NCBI GenBank assembly: GCA_002269645.1
Contig: NIVC01002674.1
Location: 1-64,000, forward strand
Direction: 5' to 3'
DNA length: 64,000 nucleotides
Origin: Macrostomum lignano
Lineage: Eukaryota
Part shown: in pieces, positions 1-11,154 of the stretch
How the letters are laid out: every line of letters starts with the position of its first letter
Position numbering within the stretch: position 1 is the stretch's first letter
The notes under the pieces: generated by a model
The model's input: only the letters and a program-made list of their open reading frames with translations
The model's database searches: none
What the model was told of the DNA's origin: nothing
Program-made: the position numbers and the translations under genes

Positions 1-153
1 TTTACCTTTTCAACTTCTCAGGTATCGTTTCTGCTTTTTCCGAAGCTTGATGCTGTTAGTCTGTCATCGAAGATGACAAATTTAATTAGAATACGAATAG
101 TTAAATGTGTCTATTTATAATCAGCTCTCTTAAAGCTGAGAAGCACTAGATAG

Positions 154-618
154 AGATGCAGAGCCTTCGCCATGGAAGCTGCTGCCTCCTCGGACCGGCA
201 GCTCTGCCTGCTGTTCGCCTTCGACGCCTGCAGCTCGCAGCTGCTGCTCGATCCCGGCTCGTGGAGCGGCGGCTGCCTCAGCAGGAGGCTTCGAGTCTTC
301 GTCAAGCAGTCGGAGGGTCTCGAGCCGGGCCGACTCTGTCCCGTCGACTATCGCTGGGTGCCTGGCGTCAGCGGCAGCCGCTTCAAGGGTTCGCTGTACA
401 AGGCTGCTGGGAGCGGGCTGGTGGCCGACTGGAGCGCTCAGGCCGTCAGCTGCCGGAGCTTCCTGACCACCTCGGACGGGTCCGCCATGCCGCTGACGAA
501 GCTCGCCCACCTGAGCAGCGTCGAGGAGCTCCAGGATGTGAGGGAGTCAACTGGCCTGACTGGCAGTCAAAACTACGAAACTAGTACGGAGCCTGCGAAT
601 GCATCGCGACCCTTTTAA
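154..618 (+). CDS. Exon of an unidentified gene entering from the left (either the last exon or an internal exon ending at 537)
   Basis: Stop-free frame 154-618 after TAG|AGA (possible acceptor 152-153); GC-rich codon style like the other exons; possible donor GAT|GTGAGG at 538. No family recognised; FKGSLYKAAGSGLVADW is only loosely PH-like. Confidence 0.45.
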   Translation, partial: RCRAFAMEAAASSDRQLCLLFAFDACSSQLLLDPGSWSGGCLSRRLRVFVKQSEGLEPGRLCPVDYRWVPGVSGSRFKGSLYKAAGSGLVADWSAQAVSCRSFLTTSDGSAMPLTKLAHLSSVEELQDVRESTGLTGSQNYETSTEPANASRPF

Positions 619-2657
619 TAGATTTTAATTAAAGACTATAGTTAGTTCTGAGCGAGTTGCCTATGCATGTGGTACAAACTGGTTGGATAGACGATTAAAG
701 TATAATGAGGCTTGTTTTTGCTGCAAATTAAGTGCGTTTACCTCACCCTCCATCTACCTACACTGCTGCAAAGTGTCTCCAATTAAGTCTGACGTCAAAT
801 AAAGTCTCTGCGAATGTAGCCGTTTTTTATGACAGCTGTCATAGGACTTTATTTTGACCAATTATTTACTGATTTCCGTCTGATGCACAGGTATACTGAT
901 GCCAGTATTGCAGACATCCCGTGTTTGCAATTCGAGCCCTGATGACGATGCTCCGCATCGGTGCTATAGTAAGAGCTTGTAGTCATATGGTCAGAAGCTT
1001 GCATATAGGAATTCTAATCATTTAATAAGTACATTCCCCTGAAAAATTCTTCTTTGTGTCCTTGCATGGGTCGATGCAATTCACAGGCCCAGCAGGTCCC
1101 AATTTTATCGGCTATGACTTCTCCGATCAAAGGCTTGAATTATGAAACTGCTTTTAATTACTTACTTGAAAATGATAACAAAGGAAAAAGAGAGTTTATT
1201 TAATTGTTTTTAACAAAGATCCAGTCACCGCTTAAATATATGGGTATTCTCTTTATTGTATCATAATAAAAAATAATTGAATAAATTTCGCTAAATGTTC
1301 AGTAAAGTAAACGTATAGAGGCATTCAAGTTGAACTATTGATCAAGTAGCGTAATTCATGAATATGTTAAAAATAAAAAACAGTGAAAAGGCTGCTTCGT
1401 ACTTTTATACGCGTCATAATAATAATTATTGGGCTTTGAATCAATTAGCTATGGTACGAAAATTCTATATGTATGTATACACATGCATGAAGCGAAGTTT
1501 TGCTCTTTAACGATTCACTTTTTCCCGACCCGGAAAAAGGTTGGCGGATAAAATTTATTATAACAATTTATTATAGCAAATTATAACAGATGAAGTTTTA
1601 TTTACAAGTCGTTAATGCAGCCTTAAAAGTTATAAGTTTTCTAAAATTCTTAATTATGCTACTTTTAGCACGAAATTAAATCGACTGTTTTAGAGCCAGC
1701 TGTAAAGAAAAGCTTCATTTATTATAATACGACAATACGCTGTTGTATAAAATTATCCGCTATTTGAATTTTCGGCCGAGTCGCCGACCGAACTTTGGGC
1801 GGGTCGGGAAGAACGTCCTCCTCAAGAGCAAATTGCATGGGTGGTTCATATTCACGGAGCAAATTGAAGAAAGAAATTCATAACTTTAGTAATAATTATT
1901 AAGCATATTATAGCACGCCATGGTTCTGTTATTTCGGCAATTTAATTAACTTGCGTTATATATATTTTTTCTATCAACAAATGAGCATACTAAACGAACG
2001 GTACACGCGTACCTTGACCTAGTAAAACAATAATATTAAAAGTAAATTAAGTAAGCATGCAATGTTTTCCAAATATTTTCTAGTGCAATTCATGAATTTT
2101 ATGAATATATTCGCCAAGGTACTCCTTTCCGCCAACGACGTAAAGCATGGTTTCGTTAAAACAAAAGTTTTATTGTCTAAATCTTTGAAGACGCTTGTCA
2201 GAGAGGTCAATTTTTTCACTGCATAAAATTTGCCAGTTTTATAAAGTAATTTTAAAGTAAAAAAACGAAGCCGATCTACATTTTTATCTCGATTTTCCGG
2301 TCTTAAGATCGACTACACCATCGGAATAGACACTCGATCAGTGGTCATGCATCTGACTCTCGCACCAAAGTTCCTGTCTGAGTCCCTAAAGAGCTTTAAT
2401 TCTGTGCACAACCTCTCGTTAATTTAGGCCTCGTGCGCAAAAACTTTGTGGCTAAATTGCCGTACCATCCATGGCTGACAAACCTCAAAACACTGACGAG
2501 AAAGAGCTCATGCACGTTTGCGTTAACGTTCGCACGGCCTGCGATGCTCATCCTTTAGGGCTGTCGAGCCTTACAGTGTTTATAGTGTATAGAGGCTAAA
2601 TGAAAATGAAAAAAATGAGTTATCAGAAGTCAAACTTATTATTGTGCACAAAGCATA

Positions 2658-5600
2658 TCAAGGTCGCTTATCAATGGACTGCATGAGTTGCCGAGTTTGG
2701 TCTGCAAGTTGCAAAACGGAGTTGCGATTTTGACCGCAGAGGTGACTACGGACAAAGCTTAATAAATCACTCTGTACATTATTTTTGTACATTAGCAACC
2801 ATGTAGAATTAAAAACACAAATGACTCACCTTCAGGCAGACGTAGGTACTCAGACTGCTTCCTAATAAACTCGGCGATCATCTCTTTGCGCAGTTCGAAT
2901 GCTCGCATGTTTGCAATAAATGTGCTGAAAAATGGAGTTTGTGAGTATAAACATGATCTTTTTATCCGATTAATGTGGCCCTGTGTAGTGTTGAAAACCC
3001 TATTTTAACTGTATTATCTGCTAACACTGGGCACAACCGATCAGTGCACACCGCTGCTTGGCAGGCCATCAACCAGCTGACGGGCAGAAGGCCCAGGCCC
3101 AGCGCAGTTCTCGGCGCGGACTCCATCCAGCACCGCAAAGCCCAGCTGGTCTCGCACTACAGCGACGTGCTCAACGCCCCTGATCCAGCCGCTTCACTGT
3201 TACCGATGCCCAATTTCACCCCTGCCAACCATGACTCCTTCAACACTGGCTCTATCTTTTCACAGGAAGTTGGTCGGGCCTTAAAGAAAGATATGCGCGC
3301 TGATGCCGCCTCGGAGGTACATTTCCCTTTCGATTCCCCTTTCAAACGATTCCTCCTCGAAAGGTCCTGAAGCTTCCCGAGTTAACCGGCCCCTGCCGGG
3401 TAACCAGCCTGCCTTGGAGGGCACTGCAGTCTTGGAGGCGACGCGGCTGCATGTGCCCCACCACAATGACGCACCTCCAAGATCCTATAGATCCCAAAGA
3501 AGAGGGCCTCTACGTACCAGGATGGACAACCAACGTGGCATCGCACTGGAGTGCACCATGGCGAAGCTGTCGCGACCCAGCTGCTGCCCAACGCGTTCTT
3601 TCCCGAGGGCGCCCGGGTGGGGCTGGTGGTCAACGCGCGCAAGACGGAGGTGATAATCGTGGGCACTGGCACCGCCCCTGCACTTGCGCTGCCCAGCGGA
3701 CTTCCTCCTCTCACCCTCTCTCACCCTCTCCGCTCTCACTGTCTACCGTCTTTATCCCGCAAGTTTTACTTACTTCAAGTGCCCCAATGCAATGTGACTA
3801 TTTTGATTTTGACGCTGTACATCCCTGGAATTTACATAAAAATTGATTTTTAGGCCAATCTGTTAATTGAAATATCTCGGAAGAATCGGAATTAAGATTT
3901 GTATTGACAAAAAATCAAACTTACCGTATTTGTCGATCACCCTGAACTGTGATAATAAAAGCGGCATTCCAAAATCTGAGCGACTGCCAAATTGGTTGGT
4001 CCTTGACGAAACTGCGCAAGTAGAGCTTGTGCGCCTGGCCGGACTCGGTTGTGGCTGCAATTAGCCATTTTCGCTAATTTAGCTACTAACAGTAGATATA
4101 CGAGAATCGGCATTGTAATTCATTCACATATGCTAGAATAACTACCGGTGGATACGTGACTCGCAGAAAATGTGCTTATCTAATCTTTTCAGTAGCAAAA
4201 CTAGCGTTTCTGTATTATATTAGTACAAAAGCAAAACATTTTAACTTTTTAAGCTGCAACCAGCGACTTAGGCCTTTTAAAAGCAGAACAATTAAATTAG
4301 CAGACTAAAGTAGCTTTGCAGCAAGGGAGAAAAGGGGTTGCTTTCACAAGCTCGAAATTTCACAACCTCGAAACCAGTTACTTTCATAAGCTCGAAATTT
4401 CATAAGCTCGAAATTTCACAACCTCGAAAACCATTTTAGCAGCCACTTTCACCAACCCGAAACTTCATAAGCTCGAAATTTCACAAGCTCGAAAATGTAC
4501 TGTATTTGTATTTTTCACACTAGCTGTAAGTTTTTTGGGCTTCTTATCTACTGAGAATTTATTTGCTGATTTTCGAGGTTGTGAAATTTCGAGCTTGTGA
4601 AGTCGGCTGCTAAAATGGTTTTCGAGGTTGTGAAATTTCGAACTTATGAAGCCAGCTGCTAAAATTTCGAGGATATGAAATTTCGAGCTTATGAAGTTTC
4701 GGGTTTGTGAAAGGAAGTGCTTTTCGAGGTTGCGAAATTTCGAGCTTGTGAAGCGACCCCGAGAAAAGGAGTAGTGCCAAGCTCTACTAGCTAGGCCGAT
4801 AAACAAGTTTGGCTGTTCTCTTGCCCTATCCGATTGTGTCTGACTTTAACCTCTCTCCTTACTGCTCTCTCATTGGCTGAGCTAGATTGGGCCTGCCCCC
4901 CTAGACTGAGTTTCGTCCGTCTGACTTTAACCTCTCTCCTTACTGCTTTCTCATTGGCTGAGTTAGCTTGGGTCCGCCCCCTACGCCGAGTGTCGTCCGT
5001 CTTGCGTTCACTTGTGTACATTAAGTTAGATTCTTCTTGTTCCTTCTCTTATCCCCATTTGCTCCTGAGTCCTGGGGCCGCAAGCTCCGGGGAAGAAAAT
5101 GAAATTTTAGCTGCCACATTAATTTTTAGGGACTGTAGTTATCTACTAATTTAGGTAGCATTAAACGCATCTTCAGTCTATCATCTTCAATACTCACCGG
5201 AATAATAGTAGGTGAAGCAGGCGGTCATCAGTGCGCACGCAGTCTGCCAGTCATCCGCTTCGTTGCATTCGTAGAGAGCCACAGCAACTGCCTGTACAGC
5301 GGCGAAGAAGCTCTGCTCCTCTAGGCGCTCGGATCTGCCTCTCTGGCTGACGAGATTCTTGGCTAGCCAGGCTCGGCCAGTTGATTTCTGGGCCGAAAAG
5401 TTGCGGTGGATTGGTTTGTTAATGCCCGTTTTGTAGCGCTTTCTTGATGATGCGGTGTGTCTCCAAAGGGGTATCTTGTGAAGGATGCTGTGTGTGTCTG
5501 GGGGGGGGGTAGCTTGTGGAGGATGTTGTGTGTGTCTGAGGTTAGCTTGAGGAAGATGCAGTGTGTCTAAAGGGGTAGCTTGTAAAGGATGCACAAGGAC

Positions 5601-8554
5601 TACTCAGGTAACATATATATAGGACGCTACACTCGAAATCTGTGGTAAATGTTTTGACTGCAACTTTTCGCCGAAAAATACTGTACAGAGATAGGAGATT
5701 TTTTTTCAGCACAAAAATTGTTATTGCTTTTGATAGGAGGCAGATCCAGTGTTCATCTTTTGATATGTTGTGCCTTTCTTATTTCTTATATTTGTTCCTC
5801 ACATGCAGCTCTAACGACGCATTAATCGATTTTTCATGTTAAATTGGTCTTGTCATTATTTTAATCGTTTTTTTCAAGTGACAGACCAATTTATTAACAT
5901 GAAAAATCGATTAATGCGTCGTTAGAGCAGCATGTGAGGCACAAATAGTGTGATTAGGACTTTCTCTGACACTGTTAAGAGACCCAATCACTGTTTTAGT
6001 GTTGAAAATTGTGAAATTTCCTATCTCCATAGTGTATTTTTCCGGTGACACCGCTGCCTTTAAAACTATTTCTGAACGAAAAGCTTTATGAATATCGATA
6101 GAGCAATAAGAAAGGCACAAAATATCACAAGATGAACACTGGATCTGCCTCCTATCAAAAGCAATAACAATTTTTGTGCTAAAAAAATGAAAACCTCCTA
6201 TCTCTGTAGTGTATTTTTCGGCGAAAAGCTGCCTTCAAAACATTTACCATAGATTTCGAGTGTTGCGTCCTTCTACTTAAGTTGTCCTTGAGGATGCAGT
6301 GTGTGTCTTAATATAACATTGATACCCCGAAAAGGGACACTTGAGCTAAGAAAAGCTAAGCGTTAGCTTGTCAAGGATGCAGCAGTGTGTCAAGGAGGTA
6401 GCTTGTGAAGGATGCAGCAGTGTGTCAAAAAGGTATCTTGTGGAGGATGCAGCAGTGTGTCAAAGAGGTAGCTTGTGGAGGATGCAGCATTGTGTCAAAG
6501 AGGTAGCTTGTGGAGGATGCAGCATTGTGTCAAAGAGGTAGCTTGTGGAGGATGCAGCATTGTGTCAAAGAGGTAGCTTGTGGAGGATGCAGCATTGTGT
6601 CAAAGAGGTAGCTTGTGGATTGCAACGGTGTTTGTCAGAGTACATGCCTTTGCTATGTGTTCCAATTCCGCTGGAAACTAAGTATAGGAATGAGAGATGT
6701 AGTTAGGGGGGGTGAGAAGAGTGGTATAGTGATTGGTAGGGTAAGAGACACAGGGGTAAGAATGTCGAGAGGTGGATGGAGGGTTAGGAGCAACAATTGT
6801 GGTGGTGTAGATCCTCTCCGCCTTTCCCGTGTCTAATTGACGTAGAAATAAAACTCCAAAACGGCCACAAATCTACGAACTCATAGAGAATGCAATTTTC
6901 TGCTAAATATCGTTCAGAATTAGGCAGCCAGTCTGTATCTTTTGTGAAGTACTTTTGCTCAATCTAATCCAGACAGACAGGCTGGTGTGGGTGGGGGAGA
7001 GTTGCTGAATAAATCGCCGAAGTAATTCCACCGAACTCGTGGCTCTCAATCACGATTCTCTCGATTCTATCACAGACCGAGTGTACCGACTGTTGGGAAG
7101 TCGCTGCACTCAATCTCGACAATTGAGATCCCACCCAACCGTTCCCTTGGGAGGGAGAAGAGAAGAAGGGAATCGAGGGAGAAGCAAAATAAGAAACTGA
7201 AAAATAGAAGACGAGCGAGCCAAGAAAGATCAGAAGCTGTCGTCAGGCTGAAACGTATCAGAGAAGGATTCTCTCAGCAAGTTACTTTCTTCCAGATTCC
7301 GGCTTGAATCTTATTAAGAAAGGAAAATCCAATGAGAAAGGAAAATGAGGGGCGATGACTGATCAGTGTTGACGAAGGATCTTCTTTCAACCAGTTTGGT
7401 TTTTAAAAAAAATCCAATCTCATGTCGACTTCAATGCGTTATTTCACATCTCTAAGAGACCTGACATAAGAGACCTGATATATGAGACCTGATATATGAG
7501 ACCTGACATATGAGACCTGATATATGAGACCTGATATATGAGACCTGACATAAGAGACCTGATATATGAGACCTGATATATGAGACCTGACATAGGAGAC
7601 CTGATATATGAGACCTGATATATGAGACCTGATGTATGAGACCTGATATATGAGACCTGAGATATGAGACCCGAGATATTAGACCTGAGAAATGAGACTC
7701 GAGATAGGAGACCTGAGATATAAGACCCGAGATATAAGAGATGAGAATCGGATATTACAAGATTGTCTTTGGCCAACATTTTCCAGAAGAATGAAGATTA
7801 GAAATGAGGATATATATGCATGAACAAGTTCGTTTGTATCGTTCAGATCTGAGCAACTCTGCGGTAAATTCGTCCGACTCTCGCGCCACGACCCCTGGAG
7901 TGTGTGCCTGATGCATACAGTATTTGCGCGCTGGTTGTGGGACGAGGTCGCCTAAAGCGTTGCGCCAGGTGCCAAAATTACGGCACATGTAATCTGCCGA
8001 TTGTGCAGGTACTCGTCCATGAGGCAAACGTCATTGCGCAAAGTTTGCATACTGGCTGACACATTTTAGGTAGTTTGGCATTCGACAGCTTTCTGGATGT
8101 TACTTCTCAAGGCAGACTTACCTGACAATAGTCTCCGAATACCTCCGTGTCTTCGGGCGTTATGCTCTGCCTAAAATTTATATCGGAATCATTAGGCTAA
8201 TACGGTATAGATGCTGCAGATTCCATCACCTGGCACCTGACACCTGGATGTTTCCATCCACTGACACCTGGCTGTTTCCATCATTTGACACCTGGCTGTT
8301 TCCATCCCCTGACAACTGGCTGTTTCCATCATTTGACACCTGGCTGTTTCCAGCACCGACACCTGGCTGTTTTCATCACCTGACACCTGGCTGTTTCCAT
8401 CCCCTGACAATGCATTCTAGCAGATTTTACTTTAACATTCCAGTAGGCTATGATTAGTTATACTCACCCTTGGTTGAACATCATACTAACGTAGCGAGTC
8501 ATAAAGTCACGGCATTGTTTAGCTTCTGCATCGTTCATATCTGTCGTTTGCTGC

Positions 8555-8586
<32 letters not shown>

Positions 8587-11154
8587 CAGACTGTTTACTG
8601 TCATTTCGTTATGCCTTCTTCCAGACTGTTGAAACTGCTGCTGCTGCGGCTGCTGCTGCTGCGGCTGCTGCTGCGGCTTCTGCTGTTGTTGCTGTCTCTG
8701 CCTTGCAGCTCGCCTGCTTCTACTCGAGCCATCGCCTACACCAATCAGGACGTCGTCTTCGGGCAAAGGTTGAGTGCCGCCGCCGCCTGAGCTTCTGTGC
8801 TGCAGCTGCTGCTGATAATGCCGTTGGCTCCTCCGACGTTGCTGCAGCTGCTGCTGCTGGTAGACAGCAAAGCCCGCCGGATCGTTTTCCAGGAATTCGT
8901 CTTGTTCCACGTCGAAATGGTCGAAGTTTGGATCGTCGGCTTCGTAGTTGCTAGCATAGTTAGGGTACTGATGGTTATAACGCACCTGGGACGATGGCCT
9001 CGGGTTGTCATAGTCCCATCTGTTTGGTTGGGCGATAGGTTTACCAGACTCAAGAGGTTTAGCACTACATGCTAAATTAAACAAAATGAAAATAAATTAA
9101 ACAGGAATGAAAGGAGAGCTTAACTTTTGCCACCGCATTGATGCGGCATCCACCGAGAGACGGGACAGGGCCGCCCACTGAAAGACAGGGCAGCCCACCA
9201 AGAGACGGGACAGGGCCGCCCACTGAGAGACAGGGCAGCCCACCAAGAGACAGAGCAGCCCACTGAGAGACAGGGCAGCCCACTGAGAGACAGGGCAGCC
9301 CACTGAGAGACAGGGCAGCCCACTGAGAGACAGGGCAGCCCACTGAGAGACAGGGCAACCCACCAAGAGACAGGGCAGCCCACTGAGAGACAGGGCAGCC
9401 CACTGAGAGACAGGGCAGCCTACCAAGAGACAGAGCAGCCCACTGAGAGACAGGGCAGCCCACTGAGAGACAGGGCAGCCCACCAAGAGACAGAGCAGCC
9501 CACTGAGAGACAGGGCAGCCCACTGAGAGACAGGGCAGCCCACCAAGAGACAGAGCAGCCCACTGAGAGACAGGGCAGCCCACCAAGAGACAGGGCAGCC
9601 CACCAAGAGACAGAGCAGCCCACTGAGAGACAGGGCAGCCCACTGAGAGACAGGGCAGCCCACCAAGAGACAGGGCCGCGCACTGAGAGACCTTTGAACA
9701 TCTAGGGACGATTTTAACTTTGCAGTAGTTTACCTTCCACCGTATTGCCTTCTGTCGTCGCCGTACACAGGTGGTGGCGGCAGCGGACTGTGCGAACCGT
9801 ATCGTTCAAAGTTGAGCATCCGACCCCGATCGTGATGATACATCATCCCCGGTTGGTGCTGCTGCTGCTGCTGATGCATTGCCGGACGTTGGCTAGACCA
9901 GCACCTGCCGGCTTCACCAACGAAATAAGCGGGCTCTCCGTCCCCGCTGTAGCCCTGGTAGCCACTGGCGAAACGGCGCCGGCCCCCACCTCCGCCGCCG
10001 CCGCCGCCGCCATACTCGGAGGCCGTGTCCAAGTCTAGGCCTTCGCCGCCGCCATAGAAACCACCGCCGCCACCGACGCCACCGCCGCGTAGTCCACCTA
10101 GGAGGTGAGCCGTCGGATCTGGCAGCGGCTCGCCTCGCATTGCGGCCCTGATGTAAGGATCAGCCTCCCAGTATGAAGAGTTGCCGTCATACTGCTGCTG
10201 CGGCACCAAGCCAATGCCTGGCTGTTGGTGAAACGGCTGGCCCTGGGCCATGACAACCTGATTCGGGTAGCCTTGAAAGAACTGATCCTGCTGCACTGGA
10301 TTGTTCGGATTGGGATAAACCTGAGACTGGTAGCCTTGACTGTTGAAACCAGTCTGAGCCGCCTGGTAGCCAGGTAGGGGATACATTCGACCTCCCAGTT
10401 GATCTGCTGGACCGAACATCGAACCACCCGGCTGCAATGGCAGCTGCTGCTGTTGCTGTTGCTGCCCCTTCTGTTGCTGCTGCTGTTCTTGCTGGCCAAA
10501 GCCGCGAGTCAGCTCGCTGAACTTTGATGTCAGCCCGCTGAATAAGCCGTCGCTTTGATTCTGTTGTTGCTGTTGTTGCTGCTGCTGTGGCTGCTGTTGC
10601 TGCTGTTGCTGCGGCTGCTGCGGTGGCTGCTGCATGGCAAATTGCTGCGTGAAAGGAATCGGCTGCTGTTGCTGCTGCTGCTGCTGACTGTTTGGATGGT
10701 TATTGCTGTAAGGCTGTTGCTGAAACTGCGGTTGCTGCTCATAGTACATTGGTTGCTGCCTCTGATGCTGCCAGTTTTGTTGCCTCGTCCTGCCAATGCC
10801 GGGGCCCGATGGTTGGGACTGTTGGATTGGCGGCTGCTGCACCGGCGGAGGCTGCGGAGGCTGCGGAGGCTGCGGTCCCTGAATCCTATTAGAATTGCCT
10901 CTGAATAGCAGCGGCTGAGGTTGCTGCTGTGGCTGTTGCTGATGCTGCCGAGGTGGAGGCTGAGGCGGTGGTGGACCGCTATTTAAAAGTTGACTTCTGT
11001 CGGATGGGCCCTGCATTCTCTGGCGTTGTGACTGCTGCAACTGCTGCTGCGGTTGCATCGGCGACTGCTCCGTCGTCTGTTGACTGTCGCCGGTCACAGA
11101 TGCCGCCACAGAGCCAAAGAACTTGGACGCCTCGCCTAGGATGCCACCGAACAT
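2658..11154 (-). CDS. KIAA0513: KIAA0513-like SBF2-domain protein with long Q/P/G-rich N-terminal extension, ~858 aa
   Basis: Exons (-): 11154-9734, 9064-8468, 8170-8122, 5387-5198, 4054-3925, 3824-3774, 2924-2830, 2701-2658. All introns GT-AG, phases match, total 2577 nt. Motifs CRDFMTRYVSMMF, EVFGDYCQKSTGRAW, VALYECNEADDW..LMTACFTYY, DQPIWQSLRFWNAAF, LGHLNTFIANMRAF and FIRKQS match my recollection of human KIAA0513 (FMRGYVEKIF, VLFECHQMDDF..LMTMCFTYY, QPIWHTLRFWNAAF, GQLGTFTHNMLAF). Confidence 0.88.
3030..3725 (+). mobile_element. Degenerate non-LTR retrotransposon (LINE) RT fragment with internal deletion, antisense in KIAA0513 intron 6
   Basis: Frameshifted LINE-like segments FNTGSIFSQEVGRALKK, IPPRKVLKLPELTGP, DNQRGIALECTMAKL (RT domain 1) joined directly to CRDPAAAQRVL..EGARVGLVVNARKTEVI (post-YADD region). 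Confidence 0.8.
4334..4760. mobile_element. Non-autonomous foldback/MITE with arms made of tandem subrepeats (MULE-like)
   Basis: Ends GGGGTTGCTTTCACAAGCTCGAAATTT / AAATTTCGAGCTTGTGAAGCGACCCC. Arms are built of GCTCGAAATTTCA(C/T)AA units in opposite orientation. Flanking duplication GAGAAAA(GG) at 4327-4335 and 4761-4769 (7-9 bp depending on where the end G-run is cut). Confidence 0.85.
4836..5000. repeat. Two diverged ~80-bp direct repeats
   Basis: GTCTGACTTTAACCTCTCTCCTTACTGC..CTCATTGGCTGAG occurs twice in tandem. Confidence 0.75.
5462..6620. repeat. 35-bp minisatellite interrupted by a TIR element
   Basis: Unit GTAGCTTGTGGAGGATGCAGCATTGTGTCAAAGAG at ~5462-5593 and 6291-6620. Confidence 0.85.
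5594..6290. mobile_element. Non-autonomous long-TIR foldback element, P/Galileo-like
   Basis: Ends CAAGGAC(T/A)ACT(C/T)A(G/A)GTA; inverted arms ~5594-5853 versus 5879-6290 (right arm has an extra ~160 bp) around a ~25-bp spacer; exact 8-bp TSD AGGATGCA at 5586-5593 and 6291-6298. Superfamily inferred from CAAGG ends and 8-bp TSD. Confidence 0.85.
7455..7745. repeat. 14-bp minisatellite (GAGACCTGATATAT)n in KIAA0513 intron 3
   Basis: Direct tandem copies visible. Confidence 0.95.
8215..8410. repeat. 24-bp minisatellite (TGACACCTGGCTGTTTCCATCA..) in KIAA0513 intron 2
   Basis: About 8 degenerate tandem copies. Confidence 0.9.
9155..9692. repeat. 18-bp minisatellite (GAGACAGGGCAGCCCACT)n in KIAA0513 intron 1
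   Basis: About 30 tandem copies. Confidence 0.95.

Noticed and set aside
1500-1830. 11-bp inverted repeat TTCCCGACCCG/CGGGTCGGGAA suggesting a MITE
   Set aside because: Ends and TSD could not be defined.
5388-5594. 5' part of ORF 5187-5594 or acceptors at 5460/5442 as the KIAA0513 exon start
   Set aside because: A 49-bp exon (8170-8122) supplies the expected FGDYC segment and fits the phase-0 acceptor at 5387.
7755-8027. 90-aa - strand ORF in KIAA0513 intron 3
   Set aside because: Not needed for the gene model, no recognisable motif, no clear splice sites.
9077-9701. Repeat-derived ORFs here and at 12646-13893, 37578-37897, 38496-39839, 46257-47047, 50117-50800, 52732-53239, 53476-54133, 55770-56227, 61264-61993
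   Set aside because: They are translations of micro- and minisatellites.
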